A stretch of DNA of 48,872 bases from Christensenellaceae bacterium (GCA_020024085.1 JAHHUG010000002.1:1-48872); one strand, 5' to 3'; shown: positions 24,374-34,056, counted from the stretch's first letter. Notes: a model not told the origin generated them from the sequence alone. Translations and numbers: made by a program.

Positions 24374-25371
24374 TAAATATTTTTTAACCTCAATAAATTG
24401 TTTAGAAGTGTTGGATTATCTATTAGTTTTCCACCACCAATACAAACAGCAGTAGTGATATTATCAAGCAGTTTTACATTGATTTTAGTTCGTTCAATAA
24501 GGTACTCCTCAAAGCCAGGAAGCAATGTACTACCACCACTTATATAAATACCATCATCAACAATTTGTTTAGCAAGTTCTGCTGGACACATATTGATTGT
24601 AGTATTAATTACATCAACAATTAGGTCAACAGAACCATTGATTGATTGCAAAATATCTCCTGCATTAACATCGACAACAGTTTTTTCATCATTAATAATA
24701 TTGATACCCATTACCTCATCAACATTAACATCATTACTATACATACTGCCGATTGTTTTTTTGATTTTTTCTGCTGTATATTTACCAATACGAACACCAT
24801 ATTTGTTGGTAATCCTATCGGAAATTTGATTGTTAAATACATTACCACCGATATTGACAGTGTAACCAGACATTATACCTGCACTTGTGATAATAGAAAC
24901 ATCGGTCAAATCTGCACCAACATCTACATACATTCCTGGTCTACACTCATTATCCACATACACTGCAAGTGGAGCATCTACAAGTACAACCTCTTTAATG
25001 CCTGCCTCATACATAGTATTTTCGATAGTTTTCCTTTCAAGTTCATTCAAACATTGACTAACTAGCACTATTGCACTGACTTGTGGTTTGAAAATTCTAC
25101 TTGTGATAAGCCTAGAGATACACTTTTTTACCATAGTAGCAAAAACTTCGGGATATACAACAGCACCCTCACTGACTGGATAAATAGACTTTAATCTTCT
25201 ATCTGCTCTGCCAAGCAAACTAAGAGCCTTTTCGCCAAGCTCAAGCACTTCAACTTTGCCGTTATTATTAACTATTGCAATATTAGGCTCTTTAATTACT
25301 ACACCTTTGCCCTTTTGATATATGGTAAGGTAGCTAGAACCGATATCTATTGCTAGCTCCAATTTTGCCAT
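24373..25371 (-). CDS. mreB: Divergent MreB/Mbl-family actin-like protein
   Basis: 332 aa, colinear with MreB: IDIGSSYL, KGKGVVIKEPNIAIV, YPVSEGAV, DVGADLTDVSIIT, ISGGSTLLPG. GGAGGG RBS. Confidence 0.75.
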   Translation of the reverse strand: MAKLELAIDIGSSYLTIYQKGKGVVIKEPNIAIVNNNGKVEVLELGEKALSLLGRADRRLKSIYPVSEGAVVYPEVFATMVKKCISRLITSRIFKPQVSAIVLVSQCLNELERKTIENTMYEAGIKEVVLVDAPLAVYVDNECRPGMYVDVGADLTDVSIITSAGIMSGYTVNIGGNVFNNQISDRITNKYGVRIGKYTAEKIKKTIGSMYSNDVNVDEVMGINIINDEKTVVDVNAGDILQSINGSVDLIVDVINTTINMCPAELAKQIVDDGIYISGGSTLLPGFEEYLIERTKINVKLLDNITTAVCIGGGKLIDNPTLLNNLLRLKNI

Positions 25372-25919
25372 TTTCCCTCCACTTTGAAACTCTTTAGTTC
25401 CTCTATTAACCTTTCAGTAGGTAGCCCTACAATGTTGTTGTAGCTACCCTTAAAGTAGTCAATTAACCATTTATCTTGAATACCGTATGCTCCAGCTTTA
25501 TCCATAGGAGAACCCGTTTTGATATAGGCTAAAATATCTTCCTTTAATAGTTTTTTGAACCGAACAAGCGATTTATCGTAGAAACTGACTACTTTAACCC
25601 CTTGTTTTATCGAAACACCAGTATAAACTGAATGCGTATTATTTGATAACATAGTAAGCATTCTATATGCATCTTCCTCATTTTTTGGTTTACCCAAAAT
25701 TTCGCCCTTAAAGTAAACTATGGTATCGGCAGAAATAACAATATCATTATCTTTTGAAACAATACCTTGAAGCTTTTTCCTTGAAAGCTCCATTACTATA
25801 TTTGATGGTCGTACTGAAGAATATGTTTCCTCAACATTAGATGTTTGTATATTAATATCGCCAAAAAGATTGGACAATAATTCCTTTCTTCGTGGCGATT
25901 TTGATGCAAGTATTATCAT
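25353..25919 (-). CDS. maf: Maf-like nucleoside triphosphate pyrophosphatase
   Basis: 188 aa. ILASKSPRRKELL, SADTIV, KAGAYGIQ. Confidence 0.85.
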   Translation of the reverse strand: MIILASKSPRRKELLSNLFGDINIQTSNVEETYSSVRPSNIVMELSRKKLQGIVSKDNDIVISADTIVYFKGEILGKPKNEEDAYRMLTMLSNNTHSVYTGVSIKQGVKVVSFYDKSLVRFKKLLKEDILAYIKTGSPMDKAGAYGIQDKWLIDYFKGSYNNIVGLPTERLIEELKSFKVEGKWQNWS

Positions 25920-27430
25920 TATAGTATTTCTAGATTTTTACCAAATGCTAGCTTAAAGTCGTTTGATGCATTAAGGGCATCTCTAATCTCTAGTGAACAG
26001 TCTCCATCAGAAATAGTCTTCATAATTACGCTATCTCCTAGTACATCACAGTTGATGTCTGTAATAAGTCCACTCATTGACCTATCAAAACTTTCTGCGA
26101 TACATAGGATAACTGTCAACCTCTTGATTGCAACTAAATCCTCATCGCTAAGTAATCCCTTATATGGTGCAATGTCTGGGTAGTTATTAGCTTTACGGTG
26201 ACCACCTGCAACGAATGCTGCCATAATCAAATCTCTATGAGAAATACCATATAAGTTACTATTTAGAATAATGTAGTTAGAGTGTTTGTGATGCTCATAA
26301 TACTTAATTCTCATACCAGTATCATGTAGCATTGCTGCAACTCTAAGCACCTTTACATATGCTCTTGGTAATTTATGTAAAACCTTAAGTTGTTTGAATA
26401 ATTGCATAGACAAATTGTAAACTTGCTCTGCGTGAGGAATATTGATATCGTAGTATCTTACAAGTGTATTTAGGCTATGACCTAATACATCAACAAGTGG
26501 TTTCTCTTGAGTAGAAGGTACTGCATATCTAAACATTGCACCCTCTCTAAGTCCACAACCACTAATACGAATACTTGTAAATCCAATTTCGTCAATAACA
26601 GCTGAGATTGCTGATAATGCACTTGGGAAAATATCTGCTCTTGCACTAGACAAACCTTTGATTTTCATAGTTTTATCTAAGCCTAGTCCCTTGATTGTAT
26701 TATAAATATAGTTGAACTCCTTAACACCAACATTATAGTTATGTGCCATATTAAGTGGATATTTTTTAATCATACGGCTGATTTTACCTAGATTTCTAAA
26801 TGAACCACCAACACCAATAAATGGTACATCTGGGTCAACATCTTTTAACCAAGGAATCTTTTCAAGTTGTTCCTTGATAAATGCTTTAATATTAGCAGCT
26901 TGTTGTTCTGGAGAAACATCTTCTGCCTTGAATAATTCTGTTAATGTAACTGCTCCAAATGGTAGCTCCTCAAACATTAACATATTTTTACGATTGTAGT
27001 AGATAAGTTGTGTTGTACCACCACCGATATCCATAATAAAACCTTTTGGTGCATCCATTGAGTTAATAACACCTTGGTATACAAGTGTAGCTTGTTCCTC
27101 ACTTGAAAGAACATTAACTTTAATACCAGTAGTTGCCATAATCTCATCAAGGAAGCTCTTTTGATTTTTTGCTCTCCTTACTGCTGATGTACCAAATGCA
27201 TAAATTTTATCTACATTATTGGCATCACAAAGCCTTCTAAACATTTGTAATGTTTTGATAGCTTGTTGTACCCTTGATGGCTTCAATATACCATCCCATT
27301 CCATATCTTGAGCAAGTCTAACAGTTTCCTTTAGCTCATCAAATACTACGAAGTAACCTCCGTCAAGTACATTTACTAGAACTAATCTAGCTGAGTTTGC
27401 TCCTAAGTCAATAATCGCTATTTTTTCCAT
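25919..27430 (-). CDS. ppx: Ppx/GppA-family exopolyphosphatase with a C-terminal HD domain
   Basis: 503 aa. N-terminal IIDLGANSARLV, DIGGGTTQL, and MLHDTG with HHKHS HD-type motifs. Confidence 0.85.
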   Translation of the reverse strand: MEKIAIIDLGANSARLVLVNVLDGGYFVVFDELKETVRLAQDMEWDGILKPSRVQQAIKTLQMFRRLCDANNVDKIYAFGTSAVRRAKNQKSFLDEIMATTGIKVNVLSSEEQATLVYQGVINSMDAPKGFIMDIGGGTTQLIYYNRKNMLMFEELPFGAVTLTELFKAEDVSPEQQAANIKAFIKEQLEKIPWLKDVDPDVPFIGVGGSFRNLGKISRMIKKYPLNMAHNYNVGVKEFNYIYNTIKGLGLDKTMKIKGLSSARADIFPSALSAISAVIDEIGFTSIRISGCGLREGAMFRYAVPSTQEKPLVDVLGHSLNTLVRYYDINIPHAEQVYNLSMQLFKQLKVLHKLPRAYVKVLRVAAMLHDTGMRIKYYEHHKHSNYIILNSNLYGISHRDLIMAAFVAGGHRKANNYPDIAPYKGLLSDEDLVAIKRLTVILCIAESFDRSMSGLITDINCDVLGDSVIMKTISDGDCSLEIRDALNASNDFKLAFGKNLEIL

Positions 27431-27485
27431 ATATATATTCCTTTAAAATTGTGTTAAAAAATTATAAATCTCCCCTTAATTTTAG

Positions 27486-27513
27486 ATTATATCATAAAAT
27501 AAATTAATGTCAA
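27486..27513 (-). promoter_or_regulatory. Candidate sigma-A promoter for ppx-maf-mreB-like-membrane protein
   Basis: Minus strand: TTGACA, a 16-nt spacer ending in TGA, then TATAAT (extended -10). It lies ~55 nt upstream of the ppx ATG. Confidence 0.5.
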
Positions 27514-27701
27514 TAGTGATTAAAAAATTTGTAAAAAATTAAGTTATTTTTATCATATATTGCGATTTATTCAATAAATATTGTTATAGTTGTTAAAAAA
27601 TTGATATAATATTTATAAATCAGTTTTTATAAATATAAAAAATTCTTATATACATTATGATTATTGATAATAAATATCATATTAATATAAACAATAATAT
27701 A

Positions 27702-27726
27702 AAAAAAAGAGGCTTGTCAGCCTCTT
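27702..27726 (-). terminator. Rho-independent terminator after rnfB
   Basis: AGAGGCT, loop TGTC, AGCCTCT, flanked by A8 and T5. It could act in either direction. Confidence 0.7.
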
Positions 27727-27760
27727 TTTAATTCTAAATATTTTGCTTATAAATTGCCTT

Positions 27761-28585
27761 TTATTTTGATTTACCTTTGAATTCGTGAATACATTTAACT
27801 GGACATTTTTCTACACATTTTAAGCAACCGATACACTTTTTGTAGTCGATTACTGGTAGATTATCAACCATTGTAATTGCACCCTCTGGACAATTTTTTG
27901 CACATAGTCCACAACCGATACAACCATTAGAGCAAACCTCACGAACAGCCTTGCCTTTGTCGTGGCTATTGCAAGCAACATAAACTTTTGCACTTGCAGG
28001 AATCCTTTTGATAACTGATTTTGGGCAGTTAGTCAAGCAATTACCACAAGCAGTACATTTATCTTGGTTAATCTCGGCATAACCTTCCATACCAACCTCG
28101 ATAGCATAGTTTGGACAATTATCAACACAAGTTGCCTTACCTAAACAAGCATAACTACATTGTTTGTTGCCACCTGCTAGTAGCTCCATTGATTTACAAT
28201 CGCCGTAACCTTGATACTCATACTTATCCTTTGAATTAACTCCACCACAGCAAGCAACAACAACTGCTGTTTCCTCGCCATCATTTGTGATACCTAAAAT
28301 TTCTGCAATTTTATCTTTATTTTCCTTTGGAGTAGCATTACAATCATTAATACTTGCCTCGCCCTTAACTAGAGAACAAGCAAAGTCATCACAACCTGCA
28401 TGGCCACAACCACCACAGTTTGCTCCAGATAAAAGTTTTGCAACCTTGTCAATCCTCTCATCACGAACAACTGCAAGCTTTTTGCCTAGTATTGCAAGCA
28501 ATAGTGCAAATATAATTGCCATTCCTCCAAGTATTCCTAGAGGAATAAATATTGCCTCTACTGAAACTTCTGCTAAAAACAACAT
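27761..28585 (-). CDS. rnfB: Rnf complex subunit B (polyferredoxin)
   Basis: 274 aa. N-terminal TM helix, Fe-S domain CGGCGHAGCDDFAC, then several CxxCxxCxxxCP motifs. Confidence 0.9.
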   Translation of the reverse strand: MLFLAEVSVEAIFIPLGILGGMAIIFALLLAILGKKLAVVRDERIDKVAKLLSGANCGGCGHAGCDDFACSLVKGEASINDCNATPKENKDKIAEILGITNDGEETAVVVACCGGVNSKDKYEYQGYGDCKSMELLAGGNKQCSYACLGKATCVDNCPNYAIEVGMEGYAEINQDKCTACGNCLTNCPKSVIKRIPASAKVYVACNSHDKGKAVREVCSNGCIGCGLCAKNCPEGAITMVDNLPVIDYKKCIGCLKCVEKCPVKCIHEFKGKSK

Positions 28586-28594
28586 ATCTACCTC

Positions 28595-29173
28595 CTAAAT
28601 CATACCTGAGAATATTACAAAACTCATACTCATAATTGCTGCTGCAATCAAGGTTATTGGGAAACCTTGGAATGCTTTTGGAATATCCGAATATTGCAAT
28701 CTTTCTCTAATTCCTGCAAGTAGAACTATTGCAAGTGTAAAACCAACACCACTAAACAAACCATTTACAAATGCTTGACCTAGTGTATATGCATAGATTG
28801 GTTTAACATTCATTAGTGCTACACCTAGTACTGCACAGTTTGTTGTGATAAGTGGAAGATATACTCCAAGTGCACTATAAAGTGTTGGGCTAAACTTTTT
28901 GATAACCATTTCTACAAGTTGAACAAGAGATGCGATAATCAAAATAAATGCGATAGTTTGTAGATATTCAAGCTCTAGTGGTATCAAAATATATTGATTA
29001 ACAATAAAGGTAAATAGCGATGCAATACCCATTACAAAGATTACTGCAAAACCCATACCAAGAGCTGTTTCAGTCTTTTTTGATACGCCAAGGAAAGGAC
29101 AAATACCTAAAAATTGGCTAAGTACAAAGTTGTTTACAAATACTGCACCAACTATTATCATTAAATATTCCAT
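28595..29173 (-). CDS. rnfA: Rnf complex subunit A
   Basis: 192 aa, six-TM protein. FLGICPFLGVSKK and YLPLITTNCAVLG. Confidence 0.9.
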   Translation of the reverse strand: MEYLMIIVGAVFVNNFVLSQFLGICPFLGVSKKTETALGMGFAVIFVMGIASLFTFIVNQYILIPLELEYLQTIAFILIIASLVQLVEMVIKKFSPTLYSALGVYLPLITTNCAVLGVALMNVKPIYAYTLGQAFVNGLFSGVGFTLAIVLLAGIRERLQYSDIPKAFQGFPITLIAAAIMSMSFVIFSGMI

Positions 29174-29174
29174 A

Positions 29175-29864
29175 TTAGCCCTCCTTTACAGCTTCTGCTG
29201 TTTCTTGTTCTTCAACAACCTTGTCTATTATTTTTGCGTGTTTTTCTGCCTCTAGTTTTTTTGCTCTATTTTCATCAATCTTTGCAAAAATGTGATTGAA
29301 TAGTGCCATTAAGAAACCAAAGATTAAGAAACCACCTGCTGGTAAAATAAAGACTGCCATTGATAAATCCGATAATCCAGGAATTACAAGACCGAAGAAA
29401 CTGCCTGCACCAAGGAACTCACGAATAATACCAATAAGTGTTAAGCTACAAGTAAATCCAAGTCCCATACCTAAACCATCAACAGCTGAATCAAGTACTG
29501 GATTTTGGCTTGCAAAAGCCTCTGCACGAGCAAGGATAATACAGTTTACAACAATTAAAGGAAGGAACAAACCTAACGACTCGTACAAATCCGGAATAAA
29601 CTTTCGCATAAGCATTTCAATTACTGTTACAAATGTTGCAATAATTAGTACGAATGCTGGGATTCTTACCTTATCAGGAATAACCTTTCTAAGTGCTGAA
29701 ATCATAATATTTGAACAAGTTAGTACAAATGTAACTGCAAAGCCCATACCTAAACTATTAAGTGCAGTTGTTGTAACTGCAAGGGTTGGGCAAGTACCAA
29801 GTACTAATCTAAAGGTTGGGTTGTTTTTGATTAAACCATTAGTGAATATTTCTCGTTTTTTCAT
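29175..29864 (-). CDS. rnfE: Rnf complex subunit E
   Basis: 229 aa. LVLGTCPTLAVTT and FLPLIVVNCIILARAEAFA. Confidence 0.9.
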   Translation of the reverse strand: MKKREIFTNGLIKNNPTFRLVLGTCPTLAVTTTALNSLGMGFAVTFVLTCSNIMISALRKVIPDKVRIPAFVLIIATFVTVIEMLMRKFIPDLYESLGLFLPLIVVNCIILARAEAFASQNPVLDSAVDGLGMGLGFTCSLTLIGIIREFLGAGSFFGLVIPGLSDLSMAVFILPAGGFLIFGFLMALFNHIFAKIDENRAKKLEAEKHAKIIDKVVEEQETAEAVKEG

Positions 29865-30508
29865 TATGCAACCTCCTTTAGAAATAATTGTTTATGCAAT
29901 CTCATTGCTGTATTTATTGCATTTTTGACTGCTGTACTACTTTTTGTAGCACCTGCAACTTGAGCAACTACATTATCAACTTTTGATGGCTTTTTAGAAA
30001 CATTAAATTCCTTCGCTGTAAGTAAATCAATACCCTTAAATTGATTGATAAACTTATCTGCATAAGCCTTATCGCCAATACCTGGTGTTGCTGAAGAACT
30101 ATAAACTGCAACTGAATCAATTTTGTTTTGTTTAACTACAATAAGCAAAGTACAATCGTAATCTCCTGCACCATAAGTACGATAAATTACTGTATCCTCT
30201 TCAACTGCATCATTTTTAACAGGAAGCAAAACAAGTGACTTATTTGCACCCTCTTTTTTGTTAAACTCGGAAACAACTGCTTTCATATCAGCATATTGTT
30301 CATCAATTGCATTAACTACATTGATAAAACTATCAGCCTTGTACACCTTACCCATTTTTTGAGCAAGTATTTCGTCCTCGGTCATATAGGTAACTGCATT
30401 AATTGCACCAAGTAAACCACCACTGATACAAGCAATAATTACAAGCACAATTACTGTTTTGAAGATATCCTTTAAGTTTGACTTTAGTTCTGTATTTTTA
30501 TCACTCAT
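29864..30508 (-). CDS. rnfG: Rnf complex subunit G (FMN-binding)
   Basis: 214 aa. N-terminal TM helix. FMN attachment-type motif AGATKSS near the C-terminus. Confidence 0.85.
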   Translation of the reverse strand: MSDKNTELKSNLKDIFKTVIVLVIIACISGGLLGAINAVTYMTEDEILAQKMGKVYKADSFINVVNAIDEQYADMKAVVSEFNKKEGANKSLVLLPVKNDAVEEDTVIYRTYGAGDYDCTLLIVVKQNKIDSVAVYSSSATPGIGDKAYADKFINQFKGIDLLTAKEFNVSKKPSKVDNVVAQVAGATKSSTAVKNAINTAMRLHKQLFLKEVA

Positions 30509-31542
30509 TAGGCTACCTCCTTTTCCTTTTTATTCTTTTCCTTAACTGGCCTTTTGTAGCCGAAAGGATGTGGAATAGTCCATTTATCAATTAAAGGTGT
30601 GCAAATATTCATTAGAAGAATTGCAAAAGATACACCCTCTGGCAATGTTGAATACAACCTAAACATTGTAGTTAGTATTCCAAGCATTAACGCATAGATA
30701 ATTTGACCAAGCTTTGTATTTGGGCTAGTTGTATAATCGGTTGCCATAAAGATAGCACCAATCATAAGTCCACCACTTAAAATTGATGGCAAGAAGTAAC
30801 TTGCATCGCCCTTGATAGCCATTGTAAGTAATCCAACTGTTAGTATGTAGATTACTGGGATTGTAGGCTTGATTACCTTTCTAACAAATAGATATACAGC
30901 ACCGATTAATAATGCTAGTGCTGATACCTCACCTGCTGAACCTGCTGTTGTTCCAAGGAATAATGATAGGTTGTCAACTGAAGTGATAGTTTGACCTGCC
31001 TTAAATCCAAGGTTTGCAATAGGCGTAGCACCGGCTACTGTTTGGATACTCTCTGCTGTCATTGATACTGGGAAGTACTTGAACATCTCCATAAAGCCCT
31101 TTGACAAATCAATCGGCTCAACATAGGTAGTCATAAGTGTACCCCAAGATAGTACAAGGAAGATTCTTGCAGTGATTGCTGGGTTAGCAAAGTTTTTACC
31201 AAGTCCACCAAACAAGCACTTTACAACCCATATTGCAAAGAATGAACCAACGATTGGTACATAAAATGGTACAACGGGTGGCAAGTTAAGCCCTAATAAT
31301 AAACCAGTAACTGCTGCTGACCAGTCGCCTATTGTAACATCTTGCTTCCTCATTTTGTTAAACAAGAACTCGGCAAGTACTGCTGAAGTTGTTGAAAGTA
31401 AGCATATTAAAATAGGATAAAATCCAAATATAAACATTGAAGCAATAGTTGTTGGGATAAGTGCGATAAACACATCTCTCATAATGTTCTTTGTTGTCTT
31501 TGGAGTAGATAGGTGTGGGGAAGTTGATACTAAATATGACAT
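30508..31542 (-). CDS. rnfD: Rnf complex subunit D
   Basis: 344 aa, polytopic. SGGLMIGAIFMATDYTTSP FMN-attachment region. Confidence 0.9.
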   Translation of the reverse strand: MSYLVSTSPHLSTPKTTKNIMRDVFIALIPTTIASMFIFGFYPILICLLSTTSAVLAEFLFNKMRKQDVTIGDWSAAVTGLLLGLNLPPVVPFYVPIVGSFFAIWVVKCLFGGLGKNFANPAITARIFLVLSWGTLMTTYVEPIDLSKGFMEMFKYFPVSMTAESIQTVAGATPIANLGFKAGQTITSVDNLSLFLGTTAGSAGEVSALALLIGAVYLFVRKVIKPTIPVIYILTVGLLTMAIKGDASYFLPSILSGGLMIGAIFMATDYTTSPNTKLGQIIYALMLGILTTMFRLYSTLPEGVSFAILLMNICTPLIDKWTIPHPFGYKRPVKEKNKKEKEVA

Positions 31543-31543
31543 A

Positions 31544-32836
31544 TTACTTTATCCCCCTTTTTTTAATTTCTTTTTTAGCAAGCTTAATTGTTTGAACAAG
31601 TGGTCTCTTTGCAGGGCAAGAATATGCACAACTACCACATTCGATACAATTCATAACTCCGTACTTTAGTGCTACATCGTACTCTCCATGCTGAGTAGCT
31701 CTTTCAATAAACATTGGCATTAAATGCATTGGACATACTGATGCACAAGTAGCACAGTTGATACAAGCTGTTGGACTTGCGATATTTATCTCTTTTTCTG
31801 TTAAAAACAATATTGAGCTAGAACCTTTTGCTGTTGCAATTTGCATACTATCTAATGCAAATCCCATCATTGGTCCACCACTAATAATCTTTCTAATCTC
31901 ATTCTCTGAATTACCCTTGGTGTTTTCATAAATATACTCAACAGTAACACCATTTCTCATCCAGTAATTGCCCTTCTTTTCAATAGCATTACCAGAAACT
32001 GTCATTGCCCTCATATAAAGTGGCTTACCAAGAATTACTGCCTCGTATGTGCTGAATGCAGTATGCACATTTGATACAACACAACCTACATCCATAGGTA
32101 GTCCACCTGCTGGCACCTTTCTTTTGGTGATAGCATAGATAAGTTGTTTTTCTGCACCTTGTGGGTACTTAACCTTAAGTGGTACAACTTCAATATCTTG
32201 CAAGTTTTTGCTCTTAAGCAAATCAATTGCAGGTTTTTTGTTGTTCTCAATACCGATATAAGCCTTTTCTACACCAAGAACCTTTTTAATTAACCTTACA
32301 CCCTCGATGAACTCGTCGGTCTTTTCAAGTAACAACCTATAATCGCAAGTAATAAATGGCTCGCACTCTGCACCATTGATAATAAGTGTATCAACGGGAG
32401 CTTTTGGCATAAACTTAACATGGGTTGGGAAAGTAGCTCCACCCATACCAACTATACCTGCCTCGGTAATTCTAGCTAAAATTTGCTCCTTTGTAGGATT
32501 CTCTAGCTTTTCAAGTGTTTCTTCCTCGTACTTGTGGTCGTTCTCAATAACAATATGAGTTGTTTTGTTACCAAGAGCTGTCTCTCGTTGTTCAAAAGCC
32601 TTTACCCTACCAGAAACAGAAGAATAAATGTTTGCTGAAACAAATCCATGAGCAGAACCAATCAAAGTACCTGCCTTTACCATATCGCCGATATCTACCA
32701 CTGGGTCACATGGAGCACCTATATGCTGTTGCAATGAAATGCTAACTGTATCTGGAGTGGTAAACTCTTGTAAAGGCATATCAGCAGTATCTTTTCTACC
32801 GATTGGATGAACACCATTTCTAAATGTCTTTAACAA
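31544..32836 (-). CDS. rnfC: Rnf complex subunit C
   Basis: 430 aa. TTG start 5 nt after AGGAGG. GMGGATFPTHVK, SGGPMMG, and two 4Fe-4S motifs (CINCATCASVCP, CIECGSCAYSCP). Confidence 0.9.
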   Translation of the reverse strand: MLKTFRNGVHPIGRKDTADMPLQEFTTPDTVSISLQQHIGAPCDPVVDIGDMVKAGTLIGSAHGFVSANIYSSVSGRVKAFEQRETALGNKTTHIVIENDHKYEEETLEKLENPTKEQILARITEAGIVGMGGATFPTHVKFMPKAPVDTLIINGAECEPFITCDYRLLLEKTDEFIEGVRLIKKVLGVEKAYIGIENNKKPAIDLLKSKNLQDIEVVPLKVKYPQGAEKQLIYAITKRKVPAGGLPMDVGCVVSNVHTAFSTYEAVILGKPLYMRAMTVSGNAIEKKGNYWMRNGVTVEYIYENTKGNSENEIRKIISGGPMMGFALDSMQIATAKGSSSILFLTEKEINIASPTACINCATCASVCPMHLMPMFIERATQHGEYDVALKYGVMNCIECGSCAYSCPAKRPLVQTIKLAKKEIKKRGIK

Positions 32837-33037
32837 AATAGCCTCCTAATTATTAAAATATTATACTAATGATAGCATATTAAAATCTTGATTACAATAG
32901 AAAAATAAGATAAAAATCGCTATTTGTAATTATTAATTTTTTAACAAAACAAGTTATTAAACATCTCTATGTTTTTATTCATTTTCGTGTGGAAATTTTT
33001 GGAAATTGCAATAAAAATCACATTGCATAAAAAATCA

Positions 33038-33427
33038 CTAGTCGTTGTATTTAGTGATAGATTTAAGAAAAGCAATTATTACTTTTACCATTAAAAATAC
33101 GCCTAGTACAATTAAAAATACACCAAAATATGCTCGAAGGTTTGTACCATCAAGATTGATTGAAATATAGCTTGCAATAATAGAAAAAATCATACAAGGT
33201 ATGCCAAATAAAAATGCTAACTTAAAATCTACTAGTTTATTTTTTACTAGTTTGATTGATGAAAGTATTGACAAAGGGATAAAACATAGCAAATTGGTAA
33301 GTTGTGCAACCTTGATATCTACATCAAGCATCAGTACAAGAATAGGTATAAGTAGTGTTCCTCCACCCATTCCCATACCACCGATAATACCTGATATTAA
33401 GCCTGCAATAATATATAAATAATTCAT
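33038..33427 (-). CDS. Half-size (4-TM) TSUP/TauE-SafE family permease, C-terminal-type half
   Basis: 129 aa. Glycine-rich first helix GLISGIIGGMGMGGGTLLIPILV is typical of the TSUP repeat unit. Own ATG. Confidence 0.7.
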   Translation of the reverse strand: MNYLYIIAGLISGIIGGMGMGGGTLLIPILVLMLDVDIKVAQLTNLLCFIPLSILSSIKLVKNKLVDFKLAFLFGIPCMIFSIIASYISINLDGTNLRAYFGVFLIVLGVFLMVKVIIAFLKSITKYND

Positions 33428-33566
33428 AATACACGACCTAAATAAGCAACAAAACTGCCTATGTAAATATTAAAAATCAACCATCTATAATTTAGCAAAT
33501 TATAGCATTATATAACATAATAAGTACTTTATATACGCTTTTTGACAAATAATGTATTATATTTTG

Positions 33567-33956
33567 CTAATTTAACATTTGTACACCTGCAATAATCATA
33601 ACAATACTAAATATAAAAGTGATTAACTTTGTAGGTAACTTTTTAAGCAAGGTTGCACCGATTAATCCACCAATAATTGAGCCTATTACCGTATAGGTAA
33701 AAATTGTATTATCGTAATATCCTCCTTGAAAATGAATAATAGAACTTGCAATGGTAAGTGGCAAAATTGAAAGTATTGCAGTAGCATGAGCAGTCCTTGT
33801 ATCTGTCTTGTTTATTTCTGTTAGGGTTGGTACAATCATTATTCCCCCTCCACCACCAAACAATCCACCCACTAAACCAGATAAACCACCTACAATTACA
33901 TCGACTATCTTTATAAAATTTTTTTTACCTTTTTTATCTCCATTTTTTTTGTTCAT
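33567..33956 (-). CDS. Half-size (4-TM) TSUP/TauE-SafE family permease, N-terminal-type half
   Basis: 129 aa. GGLSGLVGGLFGGGGGIMIVPTL, then three more hydrophobic helices. It ends in TAG, 139 nt before the next half. Confidence 0.7.
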   Translation of the reverse strand: MNKKNGDKKGKKNFIKIVDVIVGGLSGLVGGLFGGGGGIMIVPTLTEINKTDTRTAHATAILSILPLTIASSIIHFQGGYYDNTIFTYTVIGSIIGGLIGATLLKKLPTKLITFIFSIVMIIAGVQMLN

Positions 33957-33991
33957 AATAATAGTATCTCAATTAAAATATAAATTATCCG

Positions 33992-34020
33992 TTGACTTAT
34001 AATTGAATATATATTATACT
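33992..34020 (+). promoter_or_regulatory. Candidate sigma-A promoter of the giant lipoprotein gene
   Basis: TTGACT, 17 nt, TATACT. The -10 box ends 36 nt upstream of the ATG at 34057. Confidence 0.5.
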
Positions 34021-34056
34021 TTTAAAGTATTAAAAAAACTAAATATAGGAGACCAA

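Noticed and set aside
27431-27760. A 330-nt, very AT-rich intergenic region between rnfB and ppx, considered as a possible sRNA, repeat or origin-like element.
   Set aside because: I could see only a promoter-like TTGACA/TATAAT pair and the rnfB terminator. I found no repeated boxes, no stable structure and no ORF with an SD.
29296-29928. A 210-aa plus-strand ORF opposite rnfE/rnfG.
   Set aside because: It lies entirely antisense to strongly recognisable Rnf genes. The product is low-complexity (Ser/Pro/Ile/Lys rich) and there is no SD. It is a typical shadow ORF in AT-rich DNA.
33007-33027. The hairpin TGCAAT, 9 nt, ATTGCA downstream of the TSUP gene, plus a nearby GGAAATT duplication.
   Set aside because: The stem is short and weak with no proper U-tract, and the duplication is only 7 nt. 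There is not enough evidence to call a terminator or operator.
33428-33566. The spacer between the TSUP halves, interpreted as the scar of a frameshifted or truncated single gene (pseudogene).
   Set aside because: Both halves are full repeat units with their own start codons, and the spacer shows no residual hydrophobic coding signal in the frames I read. I kept this as a finding (split gene) rather than calling a pseudogene.
34003-34056. An N-terminal extension of the giant protein in the ORF track (MNIYYTFKVLKKLNIGDQ).
   Set aside because: The extension starts at a TTG inside the predicted promoter spacer. The ATG at 34057 has an AGGAG SD and yields a perfect lipoprotein signal peptide.
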